A stretch of 64,000 nucleotides of DNA from an uncultured Planctomycetaceae bacterium (GTDB lineage: Bacteria > Planctomycetota > Planctomycetia > Pirellulales > PALSA-1355). Where the stretch lies: positions 32,001-96,000 of the forward strand of contig CAWAUV010000007.1 in NCBI GenBank assembly GCA_963785305.1. Direction: 5' to 3'. Positions 1 to 9,129 of this stretch are shown piece by piece (within the stretch, counting starts at the first letter, position 1; each line of letters begins with the position of its first letter). The notes beneath the pieces are model-generated. The model saw only the letters and a program-made list of their open reading frames with translations, searched no databases and was not told where the DNA came from. A program made the position numbers and the translations under genes.

Positions 1-183
1 TCGGCGAGGCACTTGAAACGCATTCTGTCCGACTACTTCGACTACTACAACAATTCAAGAACCCATCTTTCCCTCGACCGCAACGCCCCCAACTCTCGCG
101 AGGTCGAACCGCCCGAGCGCGGTCCGGTGCGCTCCATTCCCCAAGTCGGCGGCCTCCATCACCGCTACACCCGCGCCGCCTGA
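1..183 (+). CDS. Integrase-core (DDE/rve) transposase, C-terminal end (partial at window edge)
   Basis: Manual frame-1 translation SARHLKRILSDYFDYYNNSRTHLSLDRNAP...IPQVGGLHHRYTRAA*, the typical C-terminus of integrase-core IS transposases; not in the ORF track. Confidence 0.85.
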   Translation, partial: SARHLKRILSDYFDYYNNSRTHLSLDRNAPNSREVEPPERGPVRSIPQVGGLHHRYTRAA

Positions 184-392
184 CGCCGCCTCGCGCCCTC
201 GCGCTTCACGAACTTCAACCACGGCCATCACGCCGAAGGGAAGGCCGCGCACCGAGGCGGAAAAACAGGACCTCCGGGCCTGTTTTTAATCCAATGTCGG
301 CGATTTTTCTTGAGCCGCGCCGAAACCAAACCCGCGAAATCAACCCTACTCGGCATCACCATTCCCCTCCGACGAGGTTTTTGGGAGGGACA
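1..392 (+). mobile_element. Right part of an insertion sequence ending in ...GAGGTTTTTGGGAGGGACA
   Basis: Transposase C-terminus followed by a CA-terminated end (about 371-392); the left end lies outside the window, so the TIR pair cannot be confirmed. Confidence 0.6.
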
Positions 393-420
393 GGGACAAG
401 GGACACCACGGGATGGCGAT

Positions 421-1125
421 TCATTTCGCGTTCCGCAGGCGACTCTTGATCTTCCGAATCGCTTTGCGAAACTCGATCTTTTCCCAACCTTTGACCTGAT
501 CCACGCGATCCTGCAATGCCTGCAACTCGGCCTCGCCGCCGATTTCGGCGAGCGCGGCGGCAACATGGCCTGGAAGCTCGCCGAGCAACGACAGCAGTAT
601 CGGTCTCGCCGTTTCGCCTGGCGCCAACCGTGCCAGCGCGAGCACCAGCATTTGCCGCGCGCTCCCGAAAACTCGGTTTCCCACAGCTTCGATTAGCCAG
701 CCCGTTATTCCGAAGGGCGTTGCTTCCGCCATTGTGTTTGCGATGGGCCAGCGCAGCGTTTCAGACGAGTCCGCCATGAACGCGTCGACCAGCGGCCTGC
801 CATCAAACGGTTCTTCGGCGGCCCCCAACGCCCGGATCACCGACTCTTTGACACGGTCCTCCGCAACACGCGGCAGCCAATGCAGCAAAACCGCGACAAT
901 CCGCGACGGCAACGGCGCATACTGCTGAGTCATCTCCTCGATGGAATCCGCATCGACGCCTGCTCGCCGCAGATCCTCCGTGATAGGTCGCTCAATCTCA
1001 TCCAGTCGCGCCTTTCGCTCAGCGAAACGACGATCCTTTTCCGCCCGCATTCGCTGGAATTCCGGGTCCGCGGCAAGCTGAGCCATTAGTTCCGCCGCCG
1101 TCATCGGACGTGTGAATTTTTTCAT
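421..1125 (-). CDS. Putative immunity protein, HEAT-repeat-like alpha-helical
   Basis: 234-aa ORF with HEAT-like segments (VKESVIRALG, LRWPIANTMAE, ARQMLVLALARL); ATGA start/stop overlap with the upstream toxin at 1122-1125. Confidence 0.7.
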   Translation of the reverse strand: MKKFTRPMTAAELMAQLAADPEFQRMRAEKDRRFAERKARLDEIERPITEDLRRAGVDADSIEEMTQQYAPLPSRIVAVLLHWLPRVAEDRVKESVIRALGAAEEPFDGRPLVDAFMADSSETLRWPIANTMAEATPFGITGWLIEAVGNRVFGSARQMLVLALARLAPGETARPILLSLLGELPGHVAAALAEIGGEAELQALQDRVDQVKGWEKIEFRKAIRKIKSRLRNAK

Positions 1126-2300
1126 GTTGTCCTCAATCTTGGCAAATATTGTAGCGTGATCTTCCCCGCGTTGATCGCCGCCAACAAAGGCTCGGAAAGG
1201 ACAGTGTTCTGCCGAACAACAAGCACGAACTCACGACCGGTCATCATCGCGAAGTGTAACGAATCTTGAAGTTGCTGGGAAAAACCCAGCTCAGCGACAT
1301 TCTTCACTTCCGTCAACGTTGTCCGAGTGAGTCCATCGGGCACGCGATACTTCTTCGCGCCGAAAGGCTGTCAATTCGAGAAGTGTTCTTCGCAATGCCG
1401 GACGCTTCTTCACCGGCTTGCCCCCATTCACGCGCTAGCACCGTGCCACTGTTTGGAGCATTGCCACCCGAGCACCGCGCGTTATTATGCACCAGCACGG
1501 AGCCGCGGCCGACGGCGTAGTTGTGCAGGCCGTCGACCTGGAAATTATAGACCTTGACGGCGACAAGTTGAACCTCGATGGCTTCGATCGAGGCTTGGCG
1601 GCCGTCCTTCAAGAGCGCCAGATCGCCGCGTTCGAGGTCGCCGGCGTCGACCCAGCGGCCGGGCAGCGTTCCGCCCTCGGCCATCGCCGCCGCCACGTGC
1701 TCCGGCGTCGGCCGATCGGCGAGATTCTTTCCTTCCGCCACCCAGAACGGATGATGCCGGGTCGACTCGACCCACTCGCCGGCGACCATCACGCGAATCG
1801 TCTCGCCGACATAATCGGTGACGTAGGTCTCGATGACGTCGCGCAGTTCCCACTTGCTCGTGGTCAAGTCGCAGGCCCAAACGCGATCGCCGGGCAGAAC
1901 GATCTCGATCCGCTTGTGGCCGAGTTCGGTGGCCACCGGCGTGCCCGGGAAGAAGCAGCCGCCCTTGATGGCGGGAATGGACGCGAGGGCTTGGCCGCCG
2001 AGTTGGACGACGTTCGCGAGGCTCGGGCCGTTCTCGTAGATGTCGATCGCCGCGCGGGCGGTGTCGGCCGCGTCGCTCGCGGTTTCGTAGGCCCGAATGC
2101 CGGCGCTGGCCACCTTGGCGATATTGCCGCCTTTCGAGAGCGCGAGCAGCGCCGCCGGTGGCGACGCCCACGAAGACCGACGCGCCGGCGTTGGCGAACG
2201 CCTCGGCCGTGCCGTAGCCCCGCTCCATATCGGCCTTGGTGACTTCGAGCAGGTTGTCGCCCTCGACGAAGCCGACCGTGGCCGACGAGACGATCGCCTT
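1122..2300 (-). CDS. 5'-truncated polymorphic toxin: pre-toxin linker + HINT domain + restriction-endonuclease-fold toxin (Tox-REase-7-like); frameshifted near 2150 and 1360
   Basis: HINT motifs GCFFPGTPV...VYNFQVDGLHNYAVG..VLVHN; C-terminus KNTSRIDSLS/..YRVPDGLTRTTLTEVKNV..LGFSQQLQD (PD...EVK nuclease motif); toxin-like sequence stops at 2300. Confidence 0.8.
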
Positions 2301-2357
2301 GGGTCAATCCAAAGGGGTCAGGAGTCATTGATTTAACTGATAACCGGTGTTTGACTC
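2301..2357. repeat. Junction element: GGGTCA / GGGGTCA / GGAGTCA reiteration plus GAGTCA-N24-TGACTC inverted repeat
   Basis: gggtca 2301-2306, ggggtca 2314-2320, ggagtca 2321-2327, tgactc 2352-2357; AT-rich spacer; lies exactly between two truncated toxin genes. Confidence 0.65.
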
Positions 2358-2359
2358 GC

Positions 2360-3412
2360 GAGCAGACAGCGTTTTATCTTTGACGACCCGGCGGACAGCG
2401 GCTCCGCCGACAATGGCCAAGCCGTCTTGCAGTTCCAAACCACCTCTGCCGGCGCGAGCGCTCCCACGCCCACCGCCGCCAACCTCACCGATCGTTATTT
2501 GTGGGGGCCGGCCGTCGATCAACTTCTGGCCGACGAGCAAGTCACGAATCCCGATTCGCCCGGTAATATCTTGTGGACGCTCGACGACAGCCAAAACACG
2601 GTTCGCGACACGATCGACTCGAGCGGCGCGATTGAAGACCACATCACCTACAACGCCTTCGGCCAGCCGGTCAGCCACACCGCGCCGAACCCCGCCGCCG
2701 TCGACGCCGTGTTCGGCTACGACGGCCTGTTCACCGACGCCACCACCGGCGACGACTTCGCCGTGAATCGGGTGTATAATCCGGCAAGCGCAACCTGGAA
2801 CACGCCGGATCCGGCGCAAGCGGATGTCAACACCTACCGCGCTTTCGGGAACAGCCCGACGAACGAAATCGACCCCGAAGGACTCGAGGACGAGGAAGCG
2901 GATGGTTTGTCGGCGGAAGAGCAAGCGAAGGTGGACGAAATACTAAAACAGCTTCTCGCGAGCTTGCCAGCGCCTGGGCCTTTCGCTCAAATGATGGCGG
3001 CAACGCGTGAACTCGAAAGATCGGAATTGGCGCCTGCGACTTCACGCGTTGTTGTTCGCTCTCCGGATGCCGTAGCCACGGAGGAGACTTATGACAACAA
3101 CATAAGCATCGGCAAATACGCCGCCGTCGGCGCCTACACGGGATTCGCGACCGTCGGCCAGGCGCTCTCGTATCCGTTGCGCTTGGCAGGCGTCGATTTC
3201 TCCGAGCAAGACGCCGCGCTGGCAAATGCGCGTTATGATTTGACGGCGCGCGACGACACGACGACTTGGCCGATCGTTGACAGAGCAGCTCGCGTGACGG
3301 CAATTGCCGGCACGTCGGTCGCGGTCATTTCCGTCGTGGAGGTTGCGGCGGCGCCGTATGCGGCGTGGTCGCCGACCGGCGCGCAGGTTGTCGGCGGCGT
3401 CGGCGGAGTCGT
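2360..3412 (+). pseudogene. Rhs repeat-associated core fragment with start of C-terminal region, truncated at both ends
   Basis: LTDRYLWGPAVDQLLADE...HITYNAFG...RVYNPASATWNTPDP...NTYRAFGNSPTNEIDPEGL (DPxGL cleavage motif); no N-terminal body; ends at the CCATGACA repeat. Confidence 0.85.
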
Positions 3413-3429
3413 CCATGACACCATGACAC
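3413..3429. repeat. CCATGACA tandem repeat, left part (contains IS target duplication 3421-3429)
   Basis: ccatgaca-ccatgaca-c directly before the IS left end. Confidence 0.9.
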
Positions 3430-5145
3430 GGGACCAGTTCAGCTTATGCGGCGGTGGCGAGGGGGGTGGAGCGGCGGTGGAAGGGGTGGCCGGGGCGTTG
3501 CGAGAGGTAGTCCTTGAGCCGGCCGTCGTCGCTGAGGGCGGCGGCGCGGAGCTGCAAGATCGCTTCCGCTCCTTCGGGATCGTCCCAGAACATTTCGGTC
3601 CCTTTCACGCGCAGGTTCATCTGTTTGATCAGCGACTCCATCGGCGCGCTGGTGACCGGCAGGCCCAGGCGGCGATAGCTGGGATAGTCCATCCGCTGGC
3701 GATTGTTCGTCAAGTACCGCACGGCGTCGACGAGCGGTTTCTCCGCGTCACTGGGTTTCGTATCTTCCCAGTCGATGCCCCGCGCGAGGCAGGCTTGCTT
3801 GATCTCGTCGATCACGTGATCGACCTGGCCTTGCCAGCACCAGGTGACGAACTTTAGATAGAGCGACCAACCCTCCGCATCGTTGGCGGCCAGCGCCAGC
3901 GCCGCGCGGTAAACGTATTGAATCGCATGAATGAAGTCGAGGACGGGCGTGAACGTCGGAAAATGTTTTTTCCAGATCGACCAGTTCCAGTTCAGGCCAT
4001 CACCGAGGAAGACCCGTAAAGGGGAATCGTAGAACCGGCGCCGCTGGGCTTCGCGCCGCATCAGCGGGCCGAAATCCTCCGAGCAGGACATACTGCTCAG
4101 CGCCGTGCGCAGCACGCGCCGCGGGCCTTCGTACTTCACGCGGCGGGGTTTCTCGGCGGCGGATTCTTCGCCGGGCGAATCGAGGCGGGGAACCGCTTTT
4201 TCCGCGATATTCGCCACTTTTTTCGCGATGCGAAAGGAAGTCGGCAACTCGGGGCAAGCGTCTTCGTCCGCGACATGCCGCGGGTTGAGAGACATTCGCT
4301 CGAACGAAGCGTTCTTCGTTTCGCGCCAGCCTTTCTCGCCCGACGGCACGACGCCGCGTCCCCGGCCCGGCTCGCGCGTGCGAATGCGGCCGCCGTCGCA
4401 AGAGACCACCGCCGCTTCCGGCACGACGACTTCCTTGACGACTTTTTTATTGTCGCTGGGCGCCGGCAGTGCCTTCCCGTCGGCCAGTTCCTGGCCCACC
4501 TGTTTCACCAAACGCCGAATCGTGCTGCAGGGAACTTTGTGTCCCAGCACTTGCTCGGTGATCACTTCCTGCGCTTGAACGAACGGACTTCCGCGGCTAG
4601 GCAGACCACGGCTCGCGTCAACTCGGGCGTGACCTCGCGGCTATCGAGTCCCAACGTCAACCGCTGAGGGAAAAAAAGACCGCCGGCAGCGGTCGCAGTA
4701 AGCGGTCGTCTCGGTCACCTCGACCCGGCCATCCAGGCTGGTGACCGGCCTCGTTGCGGTTTGCACGCGGCACGACGCTCCGCAGGTGGGGCAGTTCGCT
4801 TCCGTCGGGCAGCTCGCGGCGACTTCACGCATCGCTCGCTCTTGGGCTTCACGGCTCAACTCGCGGCCGAGCGTGATAGCATACCGCTCGATGACGCTAT
4901 AGTGCGGCGTGCCGAGGAACGCCCCCTGCTCGACCATCTCCTCGATTCCCAGTTCGGCCAGTTCCCGCAAAAGTTCCTTCCTCCTGGCCTCGCGGGCCTG
5001 CATCGCGGCGTCCATGCCTAGCGCTCCTTAAGCAAGTTTCGTTCACCGATCAAATCCACCTCGCCCAGCTTACCACACAAACCCCGAATTCTCCTATTGA
5101 CGTTTCCACATCCACCCCCCAACCCGCAAAAGCTGAACTGGTCCC
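3430..5145 (-). mobile_element. Complete ISKra4-like (IS256/Mutator superfamily) insertion sequence, about 1.7 kb
   Basis: TIRs GGGACCAGTTCAGCTTatGCGG (3430-3451) and CCGCaaAAGCTGAACTGGTCCC (5124-5145); 9-bp direct repeat CCATGACAC at 3421-3429 and 5146-5154. Confidence 0.9.
3444..5015 (-). CDS. ISKra4-like transposase, split into ORF A (4641-5015, Zn-finger CPTC...CDRC) and catalytic ORF (3444-4565)
   Basis: Motifs VSCDGG, FLGDGLNWNW, LDFIHAIQY, YLTNNRQRMDYPSYRRLGLPVTSAPMESLIKQ; frame change at T7CCC (RRSFFP). Confidence 0.85.
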
Positions 5146-5170
5146 CCATGACACCATGACACCATGACAC
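5146..5170. repeat. CCATGACA x3 tandem repeat, right part
   Basis: ccatgaca at 5146, 5154 and 5162, followed by c. Confidence 0.9.
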
Positions 5171-5409
5171 GGGCCGCGGTTCGCCGAAGTTCGGGCTTCT
5201 ATGCCACGGCCGATTCTGTTACTTTTCGCCGCGCGGGATGATCGCCTCGCGCCGCCAAGCGGTCGCGGTGGAATTGGTCTCGAGCGCGGCGAGCCCCGGG
5301 GGGTCGCGGCGGCGCATCGCGGCGCGCGGCGAAACTCGCGAGTGGTTCATGGAAGCAACGCCTCGATTCTCTTATAGGCGGATCGATCAAACCCAAGGGG
5401 AGCGAGCCT

Positions 5410-6645
5410 GTGCGAGTTGCGATCGTCCACGATTGGCTGGTGACCTATGCCGGCTCCGAGCGCGTCGTCGAACGGCTGCTAGCCATGTATCCGAGGGCCG
5501 ACCTGTTCTGTCTTTTCGATTTTCTCCCCGGCCCCGAGCGCGGCTTTCTGCAAGGCAAGCGACCCAAGACGTCGTTCTTGCAAAACGCGCCGCTCGCGCA
5601 AGAAATACGGCCGCTATCTGCCGCTGATGCCGCTGGCCGTCGAGCAGTTCGATCTTTCGGACTACGACCTGGTGCTCAGCAGTAGTCATTGCGTGGCCAA
5701 AGGCGTGCTCACCGGACCCGACCAGTTGCATGTTTGCTATATGCATTCGCCGATGCGCTATGCCTGGGATTTGCAGCATGAATATCTGCGCGGCGCCGGG
5801 CTCGCCCACGGCCCGCGCGGCTGGCTCGCGCGGTGGATGCTGCACAAGTTGCGTCTCTGGGATATGCGCAGTGCTTCGGGCGTCGACGCGTTCGTGGCCA
5901 ACAGTCATTTCATTGCCCGGCGGGTGCGGAAGGCTTATCGTCGTCCGGCGGAGGTGATTTATCCGCCGGTCGATATTGATGGATTCACCCTCCGCGAGGA
6001 GAAAGACGACTTTTATTTGACTGCCTCGCGACTCGTGCCCTATAAGCGGGTCGATCTCCTGGTGCAAGCTTTCTCGCAAATGCCCGACAAGCGCCTGGTC
6101 GTGATCGGCGAAGGGCCGGAGTTTGCCCGGCTTCGCTCCCAGGCCGGTCCCAATGTGCGGCTGCTCGGATATCAAGATGGCCGCGTGCTCCGCGATTATC
6201 TGGAACGCGCCAAGGCGTTTCTCTTTGCCTCGCAAGAAGACTTCGGAATCGTGCTCGTCGAGGCCCAGGCTTCGGGCACGCCGGTGATTGCCTACGGCCG
6301 CGGCGGGGCGCTGAGACAGTGCGCTCGAAAGACGATCATGCCCGACCGACCGGCATCTTTTTTCCGCACCAAACCACGTCGTCGGTGGTGCAAGCGATTC
6401 GCGCTTTCGAGCGCGAGCAAGAGCTCTACGAGCCGGCGGCTTGTCGTAAAAACGCCGAACGGTTCGGGGCCGAACGCTTTTCGACCGAGTTCTCGACCCT
6501 GATCTCGCGGGAATGGAATGCCTTTCAAGCCGGGAATCGCGGGGAAGTCGATCCGTTGCTGGCCGAGGAGATCGGCGCCCACGACTCGCGCGATACACCC
6601 CCGCACGACAAACGCCCGAAGCGAGACCTGCGCCGCGCGGCGTGA
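5410..6645 (+). CDS. Glycosyltransferase family 4 (WbaZ-like mannosyltransferase), frameshifted near 5600 and 6320
   Basis: MRVAIVHDWLVTYAGSERV..., SSSHCVAKG, YMHSPMRYAWD, SRLVPYKRVDL, EDFGIVLVEAQASGTPVIAY across three frames. Confidence 0.85.
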
Positions 6646-6690
6646 TGGGTTCGCCGACCGTGCTCCGGCCGCGGGCCGGATCGCGGAGCG

Positions 6691-7401
6691 CTATTCGACC
6701 TTGGCCACGGGGTCGGCGTGGGCGGTCGAATTCTCGTGATGCTGGCCGTTGGTGTTTTTCGCCGGGGCGACCAGTTGCAGCTTTTCGAGAATCTTGGCGT
6801 ATACCTCGGCCGACGGCCGCGAGCCATCGACGCGCACAATCAATTCCTTGCGGCTGAAGAGCTCGAGAATCGGCGCCGTCTTGTTGTGATAATCCGAGAG
6901 TCGCGAGCGGAGCGCGTCTTCGTTGTCGTCGGCGCGGGCCACGAGTTGGCCGCCGCACACATCGCAAACCTCGGCATTCACCGGCCTGTGGAAAATCAGG
7001 TTGTAATCGAGCCCGCACCGGCTGCATAGTCGGCGGTTCAGCACCCGCTGCACGACGAGTGAATCGTCGAGGTCGATCTGAATCACGGCGTCGATGTCAT
7101 AGCTTTCGAGAAAGAACTCGGCCTGGCGACGGTTGCGTGGAAAACCGTCGAGAATAAAACCGAAGTTCCAGTCGTGTTGATCGAGCCGCTCGCGCACGAT
7201 TTCTTCGACCACATCATCGGCCACCAACTCGCCGGCCGCCGTGAGCCGGGCGATGCGCGCGGCGAGCTTGGTGTGGCTTTGGATATGCCAACGAAAGATA
7301 TCGCCCACGCAGATATGGACGAGATCGAAATCCTTGGCGAGCGACTTGGCCTGCGTGCCCTTGCCGCAGCCTTGCACGCCCATGATGATGTATTTACGCA
7401 T
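6691..7401 (-). CDS. adk: Adenylate kinase with Zn-binding LID
   Basis: MRKYIIMGVQGCGKGTQA P-loop, FILDGFPRN, LID CSRC...CDVC, RADD. Confidence 0.85.
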   Translation of the reverse strand: MRKYIIMGVQGCGKGTQAKSLAKDFDLVHICVGDIFRWHIQSHTKLAARIARLTAAGELVADDVVEEIVRERLDQHDWNFGFILDGFPRNRRQAEFFLESYDIDAVIQIDLDDSLVVQRVLNRRLCSRCGLDYNLIFHRPVNAEVCDVCGGQLVARADDNEDALRSRLSDYHNKTAPILELFSRKELIVRVDGSRPSAEVYAKILEKLQLVAPAKNTNGQHHENSTAHADPVAKVE

Positions 7402-7616
7402 GACTTCCCACGACTCCTTACTCCGCGCCCGACGGATTGCGACCGCGAGCCCAAGCGGCTTAAGTGTACTCGCATCGAGCGCCGACCGGTACCCACCAAT
7501 CGGCCGACGATCGCTCGCTTCCAGCCGCCGAACACGCGAGCCTATCGCGAGAACTTCGGCGAGCCCCCGCCCTCCCCTCTCCCATGCGGGGAGAGGGGGA
7601 GTTGTCGGAGAGGCGC

Positions 7617-8543
7617 TTAATAATAGTCGGGCACGAAGGTTTGATCTTCGAGCGGCGGGCGCATGTAGTCCGACGGCATATGCGGGCGGGCTGGCAATTC
7701 GGCCGGAACTTCGGGCGTGAGGTCCTTGTAGGGAACCAAGCTCAGCAAGTGACGAATGCAGTTGAGCCGGGCGAGCTTCTTGTTGTCGGCCTTCACCACC
7801 CGCCACGGCGCCATCTTGTGGTCGGTGTGCGAGAACATCACATCCTTGGCCTTCGAATACTCGACCCACTTCGAGCGCGACTCGACATCCATCGGGCTGA
7901 GCTTCCAACTGCGCGTCGGATCGTGGAGCCGGCCCTGAAAGCGGCGCTCTTGTTCATCGTCGCTCACGGAGAACCAATATTTCACGATGAGCAACCCCGA
8001 GCGAACGAGCATCTGCTCGAACTCCGGACAGCTTCGCAGAAACTCCTTGTATTCGTCGTCGGTGCAGAAGCCCATCACATGTTCGACGCCCGCGCGGTTG
8101 TACCAACTACGATCGAGCAGCACCATTTCGCCGCCGGCGGGCAGTTGGGCCACGTAGCGTTGGAAATACCACTGCGTTTTTTCGCGCTCGGTGGGCGTGC
8201 CCAAGGCCACGACTCGACAAATGCGGGGGTTCAGGCTTTCCGTGATGCGTTTGATCACACCGCCCTTGCCGGCGGCGTCGCGACCTTCGAAGATCACGAG
8301 CACCTTCAGTTTCTCGTGCTTGATCCAGTTCTGCATCTTGACCAGCTCGATTTGCAGCCGGGCGAGCTCGGCCTCGTAGACATCGTTCTTGATTTTGCGC
8401 GTCTTGGCTTTCAGGTCGCCGTGATGAATGGCCATGGCGTCGCCGTTGACGAGCGCGTATTCCTGCTCGGCCACGATCGGCGTTTCCAGGTTCGACAGAT
8501 CCTTCTGTTTTTTCTTCTTCTCCTTTTTGGCTTTGGTGTCCAT
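7617..8543 (-). CDS. ppk2: Polyphosphate kinase 2 (class I-like)
   Basis: FEGRDAAGKGGVIKRI, QWYFQRY, DRSWYNRAGVEHVMGF, WKLSPMD. Confidence 0.93.
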   Translation of the reverse strand: MDTKAKKEKKKKQKDLSNLETPIVAEQEYALVNGDAMAIHHGDLKAKTRKIKNDVYEAELARLQIELVKMQNWIKHEKLKVLVIFEGRDAAGKGGVIKRITESLNPRICRVVALGTPTEREKTQWYFQRYVAQLPAGGEMVLLDRSWYNRAGVEHVMGFCTDDEYKEFLRSCPEFEQMLVRSGLLIVKYWFSVSDDEQERRFQGRLHDPTRSWKLSPMDVESRSKWVEYSKAKDVMFSHTDHKMAPWRVVKADNKKLARLNCIRHLLSLVPYKDLTPEVPAELPARPHMPSDYMRPPLEDQTFVPDYY

Positions 8544-8639
8544 GCGGCTTTTCCCTCTCGATGCACGCGAAAACGAAGGTGGCGCCCAGAGCAAACGCGA
8601 CGCTCGCCGGGCGATGTGAAGACAACCCCAGCCGCCGGG

Positions 8640-8654
8640 GCAAATTTCATGCCT
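8640..8654 (-). promoter_or_regulatory. Putative sigma-54 (-24/-12) promoter for ppk2-adk
   Basis: Minus strand reads AGGCATG-AAAT-TTGC, matching the GG-N10-GC spacing of TGGCACG-N4-TTGC, about 97 bp upstream of the ppk2 ATG. Confidence 0.5.
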
Positions 8655-9129
8655 TGGCTCGCCGCCACGAGCGCGCCACGACCAAAGTCGCCCCAAGACA
8701 GCCTAAATGGTAACAAAAAAATAAACGCCCGATCGAAACATCTCCCCTGCTCGCGCGCGCGCTGCCCGCCATCTGGGCGAATTATGCTGATTCGCACGAC
8801 GCGGCCAGCCGCGGCCAGCGAGACTCCCGGAGTGCGCCGCCCGCGGCTCTTGCGGGCGCCCACGCAACAACGATTTCGCGAAACCCGCCCGGTGGCGATG
8901 AGCCTGTTGGCGCCGCGGCGGCTCGGCCTGTCGAATCTTTCAACGGACTGTTATCCTGCAAGGGAACCGCCCGCGGTGATCCAACATTCCCGCGCTTCGG
9001 CGACGCCGCTCGGCTAGGGCCCCGATGGCCCGTCCCGCGGATTCATGGGCCGATGCCTCGTTTTCCGGGCGGCGCTCTCGGGCCATCGTTTCCCCCCGTG
9101 GCGACCTTTTTGCTTGGAGCTTTATTCAA

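Noticed and set aside
2427..3857. 476-aa Rhs ORF with a novel C-terminal toxin
   Set aside because: Beyond 3429 the frame simply reads the antisense strand of the IS transposase
3413..5170. CRISPR-like repeats
   Set aside because: 8-bp units without spacers and no cas genes; no CRISPR array seen anywhere in the window
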